Shown: positions 39,144 through 48,163, counted from the stretch's first letter. The stretch is 64,000 nt of DNA from an uncultured Gammaproteobacteria bacterium (GCA_947259485.1 CAMYLU010000013.1:25065-89064), one strand, 5' to 3'. Notes: a model not told the origin generated them from the letters alone. Numbers and translations are program-made.

Positions 39144-40313
39144 TTGCCACCAGCGTCGATTTTGATCATGACCTTTGCCGAAGCTGCAGATTCAACAGGT
39201 AACTCGACCGCCGAAACTCGGTCGATCCTGCCGAATGGTATAACTGCGTTTTTTGGTGCTGGCGCGTCGATACTGGTGTGCTACGGCAAGACATTCCTGC
39301 TCGCGATTCCCGCGCTGTTCACGGGTAGCATGCTCGAATTCAATCCGCATTTTCAGGCTGTGCTGATGTGGGGGTTTGGAGCGATCGCCGTATACGGGCT
39401 AATTCAAGACCGCAGGATTCACGGCAGTCTGGTGCCGACGGTACTCGGTGTCGTCTCGGTGGTCACCATAATCGCGACACTCTACGGTTATTACCTGGTT
39501 GCGGCCGAATCATTCGGCTATGTCTTGCTTTTGTCTGCTGCGTTCACCAACCAAATTATGATTCTCAACTTTCTCAACCGCGAGGTGAAAGTCAAGGCGC
39601 TGGAAGTCGAGGATCTAAATTCCGGTCTCGAGGCACGGGTACGGGAGCAGGTTAACGAAATTGACCGCCTGAACCAGCTCAGGCGTTTTCTGTCGCCCGA
39701 GGTCGCAAACCTGGTTACCGAGCAGCAGGAAAAAACCATGCTGCAAAGCCATCGTGCTTATATCGCCACAGTATTTTGTGACTTGCGCGGGTTCACCTCT
39801 TTTTCAGTCAACATGGAACCCGAGGAGGTCATGAATGTGCTGCAGGCCTTCCACGAAAGCCTGGGGCAGCTGGTGGCCGACTATCAGGGTACCATCGACC
39901 ACCGTGCGGGCGACGGCATGATGGTGTTTTTCAACGATCCTCTGCCTTGCGAAGAACCAGTATTGAGGGCGGTAGAACTTGCGTTGAGTATGCGCGAGCG
40001 CTTCAATGAAATGAACCGTGACTGGCACAGGCGCGGCTACGAGCTCGGATTTGGCGTTGGCATCGCCAGTGGCTATGCCACGCTCGGAATTGTCGGCTTT
40101 GAAGGCCGTTACGACTACACTGCAAACGGCAATGCGGTCAACCTCTGCGCACGCCTGAGTGACGAAGCCGGGGATGGGCAGATATTGATCGATCACAAGA
40201 CTTTCGTCGAGATCGAGGATAAAGACGAGGTGGAAGCCCTTGGCGAACTGGAACTGAAAGGTTTCGCTAGCAAAATCCGGGTCTACGATTTACTCGGTCT
40301 GCACGTTAGTTGA
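39144..40313 (+). CDS. Membrane-anchored class III adenylate/guanylate cyclase
   Basis: 389 aa. N-terminal 4-TM domain, coiled-coil linker, and C-terminal CHD cyclase domain with ..VFCDLRGFTSFS.. and ..HRAGDGMMVFF.. metal- and substrate-binding motifs. Confidence 0.8.
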   Translation: MPPASILIMTFAEAADSTGNSTAETRSILPNGITAFFGAGASILVCYGKTFLLAIPALFTGSMLEFNPHFQAVLMWGFGAIAVYGLIQDRRIHGSLVPTVLGVVSVVTIIATLYGYYLVAAESFGYVLLLSAAFTNQIMILNFLNREVKVKALEVEDLNSGLEARVREQVNEIDRLNQLRRFLSPEVANLVTEQQEKTMLQSHRAYIATVFCDLRGFTSFSVNMEPEEVMNVLQAFHESLGQLVADYQGTIDHRAGDGMMVFFNDPLPCEEPVLRAVELALSMRERFNEMNRDWHRRGYELGFGVGIASGYATLGIVGFEGRYDYTANGNAVNLCARLSDEAGDGQILIDHKTFVEIEDKDEVEALGELELKGFASKIRVYDLLGLHVS

Positions 40314-40342
40314 TCCTTTTCTATCTATGGCAAACGCGATTG

Positions 40343-40421
40343 AGACGTGCGTCCGCTATTGGCCCGAGATTGCCTCCTGGACTCAAGATATAAGCGTCAG
40401 CTATTGGGAAAGCTGACGCAT
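40343..40421 (+). repeat. Island repeat family, copy R4
   Basis: GAGACGTGCGTCCGCTATTGGCCCGAGATTGCCTCCTGGACTCAAGATATAAGCGTCAGCTATTGGGAAAGCTGACGC, between convergent genes. Confidence 0.55.
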
Positions 40422-40444
40422 AAATTTCTTGGGTAGGCAGCGAG

Positions 40445-41641
40445 CTAATCACGGATTATCGGTATTCGCGGAACATGGGTAATGATCTCGGGCGCATCAA
40501 CAGTGATGATTGCCTGTTCGGCGACTGCCATCGAGCGACCAGATGCGCGGTCGTTCAGAATCATGTGCGTGAAAAACGACATGTTTTCCTCGAGCACCAG
40601 TGGGTTACCTTCGAATATTAATGGTTGCTCCATCCAGGTCGGCGGACAGGTAGCCCCCATGGTGTATCCGCATACGGTCAAAACCGCATCCTTCTCGCCG
40701 TTGTCCTCGAGTGAACTGCGGTAGGCATCGTAAATCTCGCCAACCGTTGTTCCCGGACGCAGAATCGATTGCACCGCGTCCAGTGCGATAACACTGGTCT
40801 CATGCATTTTCAGATGACGGTCGTTAATATCGGGGCCGGTAAGCACTACGCACATGCTCGCCGCGTGATAGTGCCGATAAGCCACCCCCAGTTCCAGTGT
40901 AACCTGGTCATTGTTAAGCACATGTTTGCGTTTCGAGGTGTATCGTAAATTCAGCGCTGATTTACCGCTGCCAAGTGGTGGAATATGTGCCGGCAGGTCA
41001 GCGCCGAGTCGAAACAGGCTGTCGTAAAAAGTAGCGTATATATCCCCTTCGTAGGCACCGGAAAAGGTGGCGTCGATTGTCTTATCCATGACGATATCCA
41101 TAATTTCACCGGCCTTGCGCAGATAGGTAAGCTCCTGAGGGCTTTTGATTAGACGTAGTTGGCGGATGAAATCCGGTGCAATTATCAATTCACACCAGTT
41201 TTCGAGCTCCGCCTGAATTTCCAGAAACAGGCGCGGCGTCAGGCCCATGGTATCAACCTGGATTCCAATTCTTTTGCCCTGCATTCCCAGTGAATTTAAC
41301 ATTTCCCTGATCTGTCCCGCACGCGAAGCATCCTGCGAATCCGGTGCAATACGAATATCTTCACAGATAGACGAATAAGAGGCATTACCCAGATCTGCCG
41401 GACGTGCCAAATGAGTCAACTGCCCATCGGTGCCGAGGAACATGCAGCCGAAAATGGTGAAACCATCTGAATCGTATCCGGTCAGCCAGTACATGTCCTC
41501 AAACTTGAATAGCAGGACGCCATCCAGTTCCTGGGCTGTCATCTGTTCGCGCGCACGTTGCTGTCGCTCGACAAATTCTTCTCGGCTGAAATGAATATTG
41601 ATGTCGTCCACTGAGTCCCCCCCGGTGTCACAGAAAATCAA
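40445..41641 (-). CDS. M24-family metallopeptidase (creatinase / Xaa-Pro aminopeptidase / ectoine-hydrolase-like)
   Basis: 398 aa. Creatinase_N-like N-terminal domain (..FSREEFVERQQRAREQM..DGVLL..) and pita-bread C-terminal domain with conserved Asp, His and Glu metal ligands. Confidence 0.8.
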   Translation of the reverse strand: MIFCDTGGDSVDDINIHFSREEFVERQQRAREQMTAQELDGVLLFKFEDMYWLTGYDSDGFTIFGCMFLGTDGQLTHLARPADLGNASYSSICEDIRIAPDSQDASRAGQIREMLNSLGMQGKRIGIQVDTMGLTPRLFLEIQAELENWCELIIAPDFIRQLRLIKSPQELTYLRKAGEIMDIVMDKTIDATFSGAYEGDIYATFYDSLFRLGADLPAHIPPLGSGKSALNLRYTSKRKHVLNNDQVTLELGVAYRHYHAASMCVVLTGPDINDRHLKMHETSVIALDAVQSILRPGTTVGEIYDAYRSSLEDNGEKDAVLTVCGYTMGATCPPTWMEQPLIFEGNPLVLEENMSFFTHMILNDRASGRSMAVAEQAIITVDAPEIITHVPRIPIIRD

Positions 41642-41805
41642 ATGTACGAACTATTCCTTTAAACACAAGTAAAAGGCAGACTAAGGCAGGCGGTGGATAG
41701 TGAAGTATCAAAGCAGCGCCTGGCGGGAAGTAGCCGTGGTCATAGCTGCAAACAGGGCGACAGTTAACTAATTCCGAGGACTTTTCCAATCGACTTAGGC
41801 GAGGT

Positions 41806-41930
41806 TCGCGGCTGTTATTGGCCGAAGGTTGCCTCCTGCCAAGGATTTACGAGCGTCTGCTTACGAGAAAGCTGCCGCTCAAAATCCAATAATCAGCGGC
41901 GATTTACGGCCCGAAGCGCTCATACAACTA
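41806..41930 (+). repeat. Island repeat family, long copy R5
   Basis: GCGGCTGTTATTGGCCGAAGGTTGCCTCCTGCCAAGGATTTACGAGCGTCTGCTTACGAGAAAGCTGCCGCTCAAAATCCAATAATCAGCGGCGATTTACGGCCCGAAGCGCTCAT. Internally imperfectly palindromic. Confidence 0.6.
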
Positions 41931-41977
41931 GCAATAAGCTCCGCATGCCGAAACTAGGAAGATCAATCCGTACGACT

Positions 41978-42742
41978 TCAAATCTGGTTATATAAGCTTT
42001 GACCTTTTGAGAACTTTCTCGAAATACTCAATGAAATCGATTCGATGCCATACTCCAGGCGCTGAATTGCCTCCGCTTTTTGAATACTAATAGATTCAAG
42101 AGATTCAAATCCGTGCTCCTCTGGCGATTCAATTTTTATGCCTGGAAGCGACAGATCCATAGCCCAACCGTACTGGACAGTACCCGCATATATCACCTTT
42201 GTACTCACTGCGGAGACCAGGCGAAGCGCAACCGTCTCGTTGGGGCCGAAACCGTCATCATAGCGCTTGTCAAATGTGCTTGATACGTATCCAATAAACA
42301 CAGGAGCAATGTCAAGATAGGCATCGGCAACTTCACTATCAAATCCCAGGTAGTTGTCTTTTAAATGAAGACTATTTTTTCGGTCTGCTGGCAGATCGAT
42401 CACTTTAAAACCGCTTTCCTCAAGATGCCGCTTCAGAAATTTCTGCATGGTACTATTGAAACCCTCAAACTCCAGTTCAGATTCCCAATAACCTGGCGTA
42501 TCGGGGATTTCAAGCAACGCAATTGTTTTAACAGATATAAGCTCGTCCGCATTGATTTCAGTTTCAGCTATGGGAGGTTGGATTCCCGTATGAGCTATGG
42601 AAGGTTGGCCTGGCCCACTCGAGAGGTAGTCCAAAGCGGCCCACTCGGCACCTACTACGACAACAGCTGGTGCCAATGCCTCACAACCAGACAACCAGAT
42701 GGCAGTAAAAATCGATAAGGCTATGCGAAAACGTTGTTTCAT
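41978..42742 (-). CDS. Hypothetical lipoprotein
   Basis: 254 aa with lipobox ..AIWLSGC. No recognised domain. Low GC. Confidence 0.55.
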   Translation of the reverse strand: MKQRFRIALSIFTAIWLSGCEALAPAVVVVGAEWAALDYLSSGPGQPSIAHTGIQPPIAETEINADELISVKTIALLEIPDTPGYWESELEFEGFNSTMQKFLKRHLEESGFKVIDLPADRKNSLHLKDNYLGFDSEVADAYLDIAPVFIGYVSSTFDKRYDDGFGPNETVALRLVSAVSTKVIYAGTVQYGWAMDLSLPGIKIESPEEHGFESLESISIQKAEAIQRLEYGIESISLSISRKFSKGQSLYNQI

Positions 42743-42831
42743 GGTCTGCCTTCAGGTTATAGATTTTTGGGGCGTATTGATCGTAACAATCCATATCTGT
42801 TTTAGCCAGGTGTGATTCGATAAAGCAACAT

Positions 42832-42926
42832 CGAGCGTCTGCTTCTGGCCGTTTATCGCCGCTGCAAACTGATTTACGAGCGTCTGCTATGGGGAAGCCA
42901 GGAAAGGTCCCAGCGGACGTCTCCTA
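42832..42926 (+). repeat. Island repeat family, copy R6 (abuts the integrase remnant)
   Basis: GAGCGTCTGCTTCTGGCCGTTTATCGCCGCTGCAAACTGATTTACGAGCGTCTGCTATGGGGAAGCC...CCCAGCGGACGTCTCC. Confidence 0.55.
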
Positions 42927-42937
42927 GCATTTCCCGC

Positions 42938-43305
42938 CTATATCTCGGTCTGTTCCGCCATTTCCAAAGCATCATCCACTTCGATGCCGAGATACTTGAC
43001 CGTGCTTTCCATCTTCGTGTGGCCCAATAATATCCGGGCAGCCCGGTCTTTTGTTGCATCACCATGGCCCTTCTGGAGACCGTCGCACCGTGGGTGACGT
43101 CACGCACTCGAATCTTGACCAGGTCATAGCTTCTGAGCTTGCTATCGATGGCGAGACTGAATAACGCCAGGTCTCGAATTTATTTTGAAATTTGCAGTCG
43201 GATTCGGATTGCCCAGATTTCTTTGGGTTTTAGTGGTGGTTTCTGACCGGTTCGCTTGCCCTTGTTGCAGGGATTCTTGGTTGTTATATGGCGAACGTGG
43301 TTCAT
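42938..43305 (-). pseudogene. Decayed small tyrosine recombinase/integrase gene (frameshifted and internally deleted)
   Basis: Three minus-strand frames in series. Frame 1 gives MNHVRHITTKNPCNKGKRTGQKPPLKPKEIWAIRIRLQISK*. Frame 2 gives ..RDLALFSLAIDSKLRSYDLVKIRVRDVTHGATVSRRAMVMQQKTG... Frame 3 gives ..ILLGHTKMESTVKYLGIEVDDALEMAEQTEI*. These match the N-terminal, core-start and C-terminal signatures of ~190-aa phage-type integrases, but about 100 aa of the catalytic core is missing. Confidence 0.6.
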
Positions 43306-43483
43306 CTTGATTCCTTCGGTTGTTGGTCGGAATCAAATTATGGCCTTCAGCTTCCCCGAGACTGATCCTCAATATCTCAGTAGCGGTGTGAAATAAAGTA
43401 ACTCTAAATTTTGAAAGGGCCATGTAATAATAAAATCTCGGTCACCCGAGACCGACTGATAACATGAAGCGCACTGAACATAT

Positions 43484-44143
43484 ATGGATATTCAAATCCC
43501 ATCCGGTACTACTTCTGATACGAGGCGTTTTCGTATCGCTTTTATTGTCGCATTTTCATTCGCGCTATTGCTTTGGGCATTGCATCTTGCCGAGTACCTT
43601 AGCGGATTCGATTTGACTCAATTCGGTGTTTATCCGCGCCGTGCGCTCGGACTTATAGGGATTCTCTGTGCACCCTTTATCCATGTCTCTGTGTCCCACC
43701 TATTCGCCAACACCCCGCCGATTATTGTGATTGGCACAATGCTGCTCTACGGATACCCCCGAGCGTCTAAAGTGTTTTTACCGGTCGTCTATCTTGGCAG
43801 TGGCATCGCAGTGTGGTTATTTGCCCGAGAGGCCTATCATATCGGCGCAAGCGGACTCGCTTTCGGTATGTTGTTCTTTGTCTTTACGATTGGGGCACTT
43901 CGTTGGGAGCGGCGTACCATAGCCATCTCACTGTTGGTATTTTTTCTATACGGAGGCATGATTTCGGGTGTGATACCGGGTGAGCAGGAAATTTCTTTCG
44001 AGTCGCATTTAAGTGGTGCGCTGATCGGGATATTGCTGGCCTTCTTATTGCGACATCGTGATCCAGAGCCGCCGCGTAAACAATACAGTTGGGAGCAAGA
44101 GGAGGCGGAATCCGAAGATTACGACTGTCCAGACCGGGATTAG
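43484..44143 (+). CDS. Rhomboid-family intramembrane serine protease (candidate rhombosortase)
   Basis: 219 aa, 6 TM. Catalytic Ser in GASGLAFGML (GxSG) and His in ..ESHLSGALIGILLA... Its small size is in the range of rhombosortases. Confidence 0.72.
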   Translation: MDIQIPSGTTSDTRRFRIAFIVAFSFALLLWALHLAEYLSGFDLTQFGVYPRRALGLIGILCAPFIHVSVSHLFANTPPIIVIGTMLLYGYPRASKVFLPVVYLGSGIAVWLFAREAYHIGASGLAFGMLFFVFTIGALRWERRTIAISLLVFFLYGGMISGVIPGEQEISFESHLSGALIGILLAFLLRHRDPEPPRKQYSWEQEEAESEDYDCPDRD

Positions 44144-44157
44144 ATGAATTTGCGCGA

Positions 44158-44225
44158 TTATTTTCTCCAAAGCAGACACTCAAATGTGCTTAATCAGCGG
44201 CTGAGAACGGACGTCCAGCAATGGG
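44158..44225 (-). repeat. Island repeat family, copy R7 (reverse orientation)
   Basis: TTTTCTCCAAAGCAGACACTC is the reverse complement of GAGTGTCTGCTTTGGAGAAAA (compare R2 and R3), followed by CAGCGGCTGAGAACGGACGTCCAGC. Confidence 0.5.
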
Positions 44226-44604
44226 ATGCCAGTACTTCTTTGGGTAAAACTTGTAATTCAACTGCTAACTTACCGGAACAATGTTGCCCGGTGAAAAAGG
44301 GGGCCTCGCGCTAATCCATACATCGGGCAGTAACTTGATATAACTCAATACTTGGACAGTTTGTCCAAACTAGAATCGAGTTTTTTTGTTCCAACTGTTG
44401 TAAATGTCATCACCTGTCCCGGCTTTATGATCAGTGACAAAGGTGATCGATGGAAACGTCCCCGCATCAGGCAATCGATTCTTATTCACCGATAGCGCTG
44501 AATTGGCGATACAGAAAATATAGATGGCGCTTGAATGCCATTTTCAACCCATAGGGACCTTTCAATCCAGGTAATGCTCATAAATTTTTTTAAGGGTTCT
44601 AAAC

Positions 44605-45504
44605 ATGTCCAAATCAACCAGTATCGATCAGGTAGTTCCCAAGGCTATCCGAACCAAAGTTGCCAAAGCGAAGAAAGGTGACATTCTTGGTTGGGAATAC
44701 CCTCATAAAAAAAAGATGAGTCGCATGAAATACGAATCGATGAAACTCGATTTGCAGATTGAACTTCTCAAAATGGAAAAATGGATCAAGGACAGCGGAA
44801 AGAAGGTGGTGATGTTGTTCGAGGGCCGCGATGCCGGGGGAAAAGGTGGAACGATCAAGCGCTTCACTGAACACATGAACCCACGAGGCGCCAGGGTGGT
44901 AGCTCTTGAGAAACCCAATAGAACTGAGCTCAGGCAATGGTATTTTCAGCGCTACATCCAACAATTGCCAATCGAAGGTGAAATCGTTTTCTTCGATCGG
45001 TCATGGTACAACCGCGCCGTCGTCGAACCGGTGATGGGCTTTTGTAAACCGGCAGATACCCGTCTTTTCCTGAAACATGCGCCCATCCTGGAAAAAATGC
45101 TGGTTGAAAACGGCTTCCTTTTTTACAAATTCTGGTTTTCGGTGAGTCGCCCTGAACAATTTCGTCGCTTCAAGTCACGGGAAGAGGACAGGTTAAAACA
45201 ATGGAAGCTGAGCCCAGTCGACTTACAATCTCTGAGCAAGTGGAACGAGTATTCCAAATCGATCGCCAGAATGTTCGAGTACACGGACACCCCCGAATCA
45301 CCCTGGCTAGTTGTGCGTTCCGATGACAAGAAACGGGCGAGACTCAACTGCATTATGCATGTCCTGAACTCACTGCCCTATTCAAACAAGAACAAAAAAC
45401 TCGTGGTCGCACCCGATCCCCGAATCATAGGGCCGGCGAAAACCATGTATGAGTCATTCGCAGAAAAGCAATCCATGAAAAAAGGAACGGTAACTCATAA
45501 GTAG
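44605..45504 (+). CDS. Polyphosphate kinase 2 (PPK2) family nucleotide phosphotransferase
   Basis: 299 aa. Walker A-like ..MLFEGRDAGGKGGTIKR.. and PPK2 core ..FDRSWYNR.., with the lid region. Confidence 0.85.
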   Translation: MSKSTSIDQVVPKAIRTKVAKAKKGDILGWEYPHKKKMSRMKYESMKLDLQIELLKMEKWIKDSGKKVVMLFEGRDAGGKGGTIKRFTEHMNPRGARVVALEKPNRTELRQWYFQRYIQQLPIEGEIVFFDRSWYNRAVVEPVMGFCKPADTRLFLKHAPILEKMLVENGFLFYKFWFSVSRPEQFRRFKSREEDRLKQWKLSPVDLQSLSKWNEYSKSIARMFEYTDTPESPWLVVRSDDKKRARLNCIMHVLNSLPYSNKNKKLVVAPDPRIIGPAKTMYESFAEKQSMKKGTVTHK

Positions 45505-45512
45505 AGTAAATT

Positions 45513-45546
45513 ATTAAGCCACCTCAAATAAAATGGCTTTTTTATG
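45513..45546 (+). terminator. Possible weak rho-independent terminator after the PPK2 gene
   Basis: AAGCCA-cctcaaataaaa-TGGCTT followed by TTTTTAT. The stem is short. Confidence 0.3.
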
Positions 45547-45588
45547 TGCGTCTCTTGTGGGTCGTTAAACGACCCCTAAATAAACTCC

Positions 45589-45625
45589 CCGAGCGTCCGC
45601 TTTCGAGAAGAATCTCCGATTTGAT
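45589..45625 (+). repeat. Island repeat family, short copy R8, near the right island boundary
   Basis: GAGCGTCCGCTTTCGAGAAGAATCTCCG. Confidence 0.45.
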
Positions 45626-45771
45626 AACAACCTTTCCAGGGGTGGAATTGAACTGACGTCAGGACTGCCTGCGCAATATTGAAAAGAATTAACAGTCCTA
45701 CGAAGTCGAGCTTGCAAATTAAGTCTGGATACCACGGTCAGGTGCATCGGGTTGAACCGCGGGTTGGTTGA

Positions 45772-46302
45772 CTAGCTGAGTTCACCACGTGCCGGGTAGT
45801 CTTTTTCGAGCGCAAACTTGAGGGCACCGATAATTTCGCGAAAATGTGGGCGCGCAAACGGCATGGTGCTGATCTGGGCCCAGTAAAGCGTGTTGTCCGG
45901 GCGCACAATGAATAATCCCGGTTCACTAAATTCAGCAGGTTCTTCGATTCCGATCGAGGTCAGGCCGCGCCCCGCGGAACGATGCAGTCCCCAGTCACGG
46001 GCCTGTTCTGTGCTGACGCCGTAACCAATCGCGAGATTACCGAGTCCCCAATCCTCGCGCGCCTGTTCGGCCCGCTCACGATCATCACCACTTAAGACCA
46101 GGATGGAAACACCGATATCGGCAAAATCACCGGCCAGCTTGTCGAGTTCACCTACATACTTGCTGCAGATAGGGCAATGCAGGCCGCGGTAAAACACGAC
46201 CATGGTGAAGTTTTCAGGGCTTTGGTCGGCAAGCGACCAGGGGCCGTCGAGGGTGTCGACTTCCAGTGCGGGTACTGGTTGGCGGGTTTTTAGCACATTC
46301 AT
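45772..46302 (-). CDS. AhpC/TSA (peroxiredoxin-like) thioredoxin-fold protein with a CxxC motif
   Basis: 176 aa, ..MVVFYRGLHCPICSKYVGEL.. redoxin fold. Confidence 0.72.
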   Translation of the reverse strand: MNVLKTRQPVPALEVDTLDGPWSLADQSPENFTMVVFYRGLHCPICSKYVGELDKLAGDFADIGVSILVLSGDDRERAEQAREDWGLGNLAIGYGVSTEQARDWGLHRSAGRGLTSIGIEEPAEFSEPGLFIVRPDNTLYWAQISTMPFARPHFREIIGALKFALEKDYPARGELS

Positions 46303-46391
46303 TAAGGACTCCTGTTATTTTGATACGTGTCAATATGGCTAGGTGGCAACAGTGTTAGCTTTTTTCATACAAAAAACAACAGGATAGGGAT

Positions 46392-47000
46392 ATGGGCGAT
46401 AAAGGTTCTGAAAATCTGATCGAGCTCGACACGGGTGAATCCATCTGGGAGAGCTTTTTTACGGTATTTCCGCTGGTTGTCATCGGTACTCGCGAAGCCG
46501 ATGGCAGCGACGACCTGGCACCCAAGCACCTGGCGATGCCGATGAGCTGGAAAAACCATTTTGGATTCGTCTGTACGCCGCGCCACAATACCTACCAGAA
46601 TATTCAGCGAGACGGTGAGTTCAGCGTAACCTATATGCGCCCGTCGCAGACAGTGCTCGCGAGTCTTGCCGCGACACCCCGTTGCGACGACGGCAGCAAA
46701 CCCGTCACCCAGGCCTTACCCACCTTTGCGGCCGAAAAAGTGAACGCGTCTTTGGTGCAGGATGGCTACCTGTTCCTCGAATGTGAATTGCAGCATATCG
46801 TCGATGACCTTGGCGACAACTCGCTCATCATGGGCCGCATAATCGCTGCCAGGATCGCCGAAGACGCGCTGCGCTCGTCTGAACTGGATGATGAAGACCT
46901 GATTTATGCGTCACCGCTGCTGGCCTACCTTTACCCCGGACGTTTTACCGAAATTGCCAACACCAACAAGCTACCCTTCCCTGCCGGCTTCAAAAGGTAA
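46392..47000 (+). CDS. Flavin reductase-like (FMN-binding split-barrel) protein
   Basis: 202 aa, ..FTVFPLVVIGTREADGSDDLAPKHLAMPMSW.. consistent with the flavin reductase domain. Confidence 0.6.
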   Translation: MGDKGSENLIELDTGESIWESFFTVFPLVVIGTREADGSDDLAPKHLAMPMSWKNHFGFVCTPRHNTYQNIQRDGEFSVTYMRPSQTVLASLAATPRCDDGSKPVTQALPTFAAEKVNASLVQDGYLFLECELQHIVDDLGDNSLIMGRIIAARIAEDALRSSELDDEDLIYASPLLAYLYPGRFTEIANTNKLPFPAGFKR

Positions 47001-47005
47001 GACGG

Positions 47006-48163
47006 ATGAGCGACAACCAGGCAGTTTTAAAGTATCTGTGCGACCAACAGGCGTCCATGACCGGGTTATTAAAAGACCTGGTCCTGATGGAAACTCCCTC
47101 CACCGACCGCGACAGCCAGCTGCAGATTCGTCAGCGTCTGAAAGCCGAATTCGAGGAAATCGATTACCGCGTCAACCTGGTTCCCGGGCGCAATTCCGGG
47201 GGGCACGTGTACGCATCCCCGAAAAATCGGCGCAGGCAACAACCGGCACAACTGATGATCGGTCATTGTGACACCGTGTGGCCAATCGGAACCCTGGAAA
47301 CCATGCCACTGGAACTCGAGGCAGACAAACTGCGCGGGCCCGGCGTTTACGATATGAAAGCCGGCCTGGTTGAAATGGTGTACGCGTTGCGGGCGATTGA
47401 GTCCCTTGGCCTGACACCGGGCGTTGCACCGCTGTGTTTCATCAATTCTGACGAGGAAATCGGCAGCCACGAATCGACCCGCTATATACGCGCCCTGGCA
47501 CAACGGGTCGACCGCTGCATGGTGATGGAACCCTCGCTCGGAAATAGCGGAAAAATCAAGACCGCACGCAAGGGGGTCGGGCGCTTCGAGGTCATCGTCA
47601 AGGGTAAGGCCGCACATGCCGGGCTCGATCCGGGGGCCGGGGCGAGCGCCATTCTGGAGCTTTCACACGTGATTCAGAAACTGTTCGAACTCAACGACCC
47701 CGAGCACGGAACTTCGGTCAACGTCGGCGTTATCGATGGCGGTATTCGGCCCAACATGGTGGCACCCGAAAGCCGCGCGGTGATTGATGTGCGGGTTCAG
47801 ACCCAGGCCGACGCCGAGCGTGTAGAAGCTGCAATTCATGGCATCGAGTCCGTTACCCCGGGGGTTTCACTCGTTATCGAAGGTCGAATTGGACGCCCGC
47901 CGATGGAGCGCACCGATCAAAACCAGCAGCTGTGGAGAATCGCGCAGGAACTGGGAGAAGGTCTAGATCTTGCGCTCGAACAGGGTACCGCGGGCGGCGG
48001 ATCCGATGGCAATACCACGAGCCTGTTTACCGCTACGATCGATGGCATGGGAGCGGTCGGCGACGGCGCCCACGCCCACCACGAATACATTTACCTGGAT
48101 TTACTTCCGGTGCGTTGCGCATTGCTTACGCTGCTGCTGTTGGCACCACCACTTAATAACTGA
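47006..48163 (+). CDS. M20-family metallopeptidase (ArgE/DapE/carboxypeptidase G2-like)
   Basis: 385 aa. ..IGHCDTV.. His and Asp metal site, ..SDEEIGS.. with the conserved Asp and Glu pair, and a dimerisation-domain insert. Confidence 0.8.
   Translation: MSDNQAVLKYLCDQQASMTGLLKDLVLMETPSTDRDSQLQIRQRLKAEFEEIDYRVNLVPGRNSGGHVYASPKNRRRQQPAQLMIGHCDTVWPIGTLETMPLELEADKLRGPGVYDMKAGLVEMVYALRAIESLGLTPGVAPLCFINSDEEIGSHESTRYIRALAQRVDRCMVMEPSLGNSGKIKTARKGVGRFEVIVKGKAAHAGLDPGAGASAILELSHVIQKLFELNDPEHGTSVNVGVIDGGIRPNMVAPESRAVIDVRVQTQADAERVEAAIHGIESVTPGVSLVIEGRIGRPPMERTDQNQQLWRIAQELGEGLDLALEQGTAGGGSDGNTTSLFTATIDGMGAVGDGAHAHHEYIYLDLLPVRCALLTLLLLAPPLNN

Noticed and set aside
42874-43423. Listed ORFs 42874..43107 (77 aa) and 43142..43423 (93 aa) as independent genes
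   Set aside because: 42874..43107 is the middle frame of the decayed integrase read through into the repeat. 43142..43423 is an off-frame Gln/Asn/Arg-rich translation of the same remnant.
36689-45625. Possibility that the eight island repeats are a CRISPR array
   Set aside because: Spacing is 1-1.5 kb with whole genes between copies, copies are imperfect and occur in both orientations, and no cas genes are present. This is not CRISPR.
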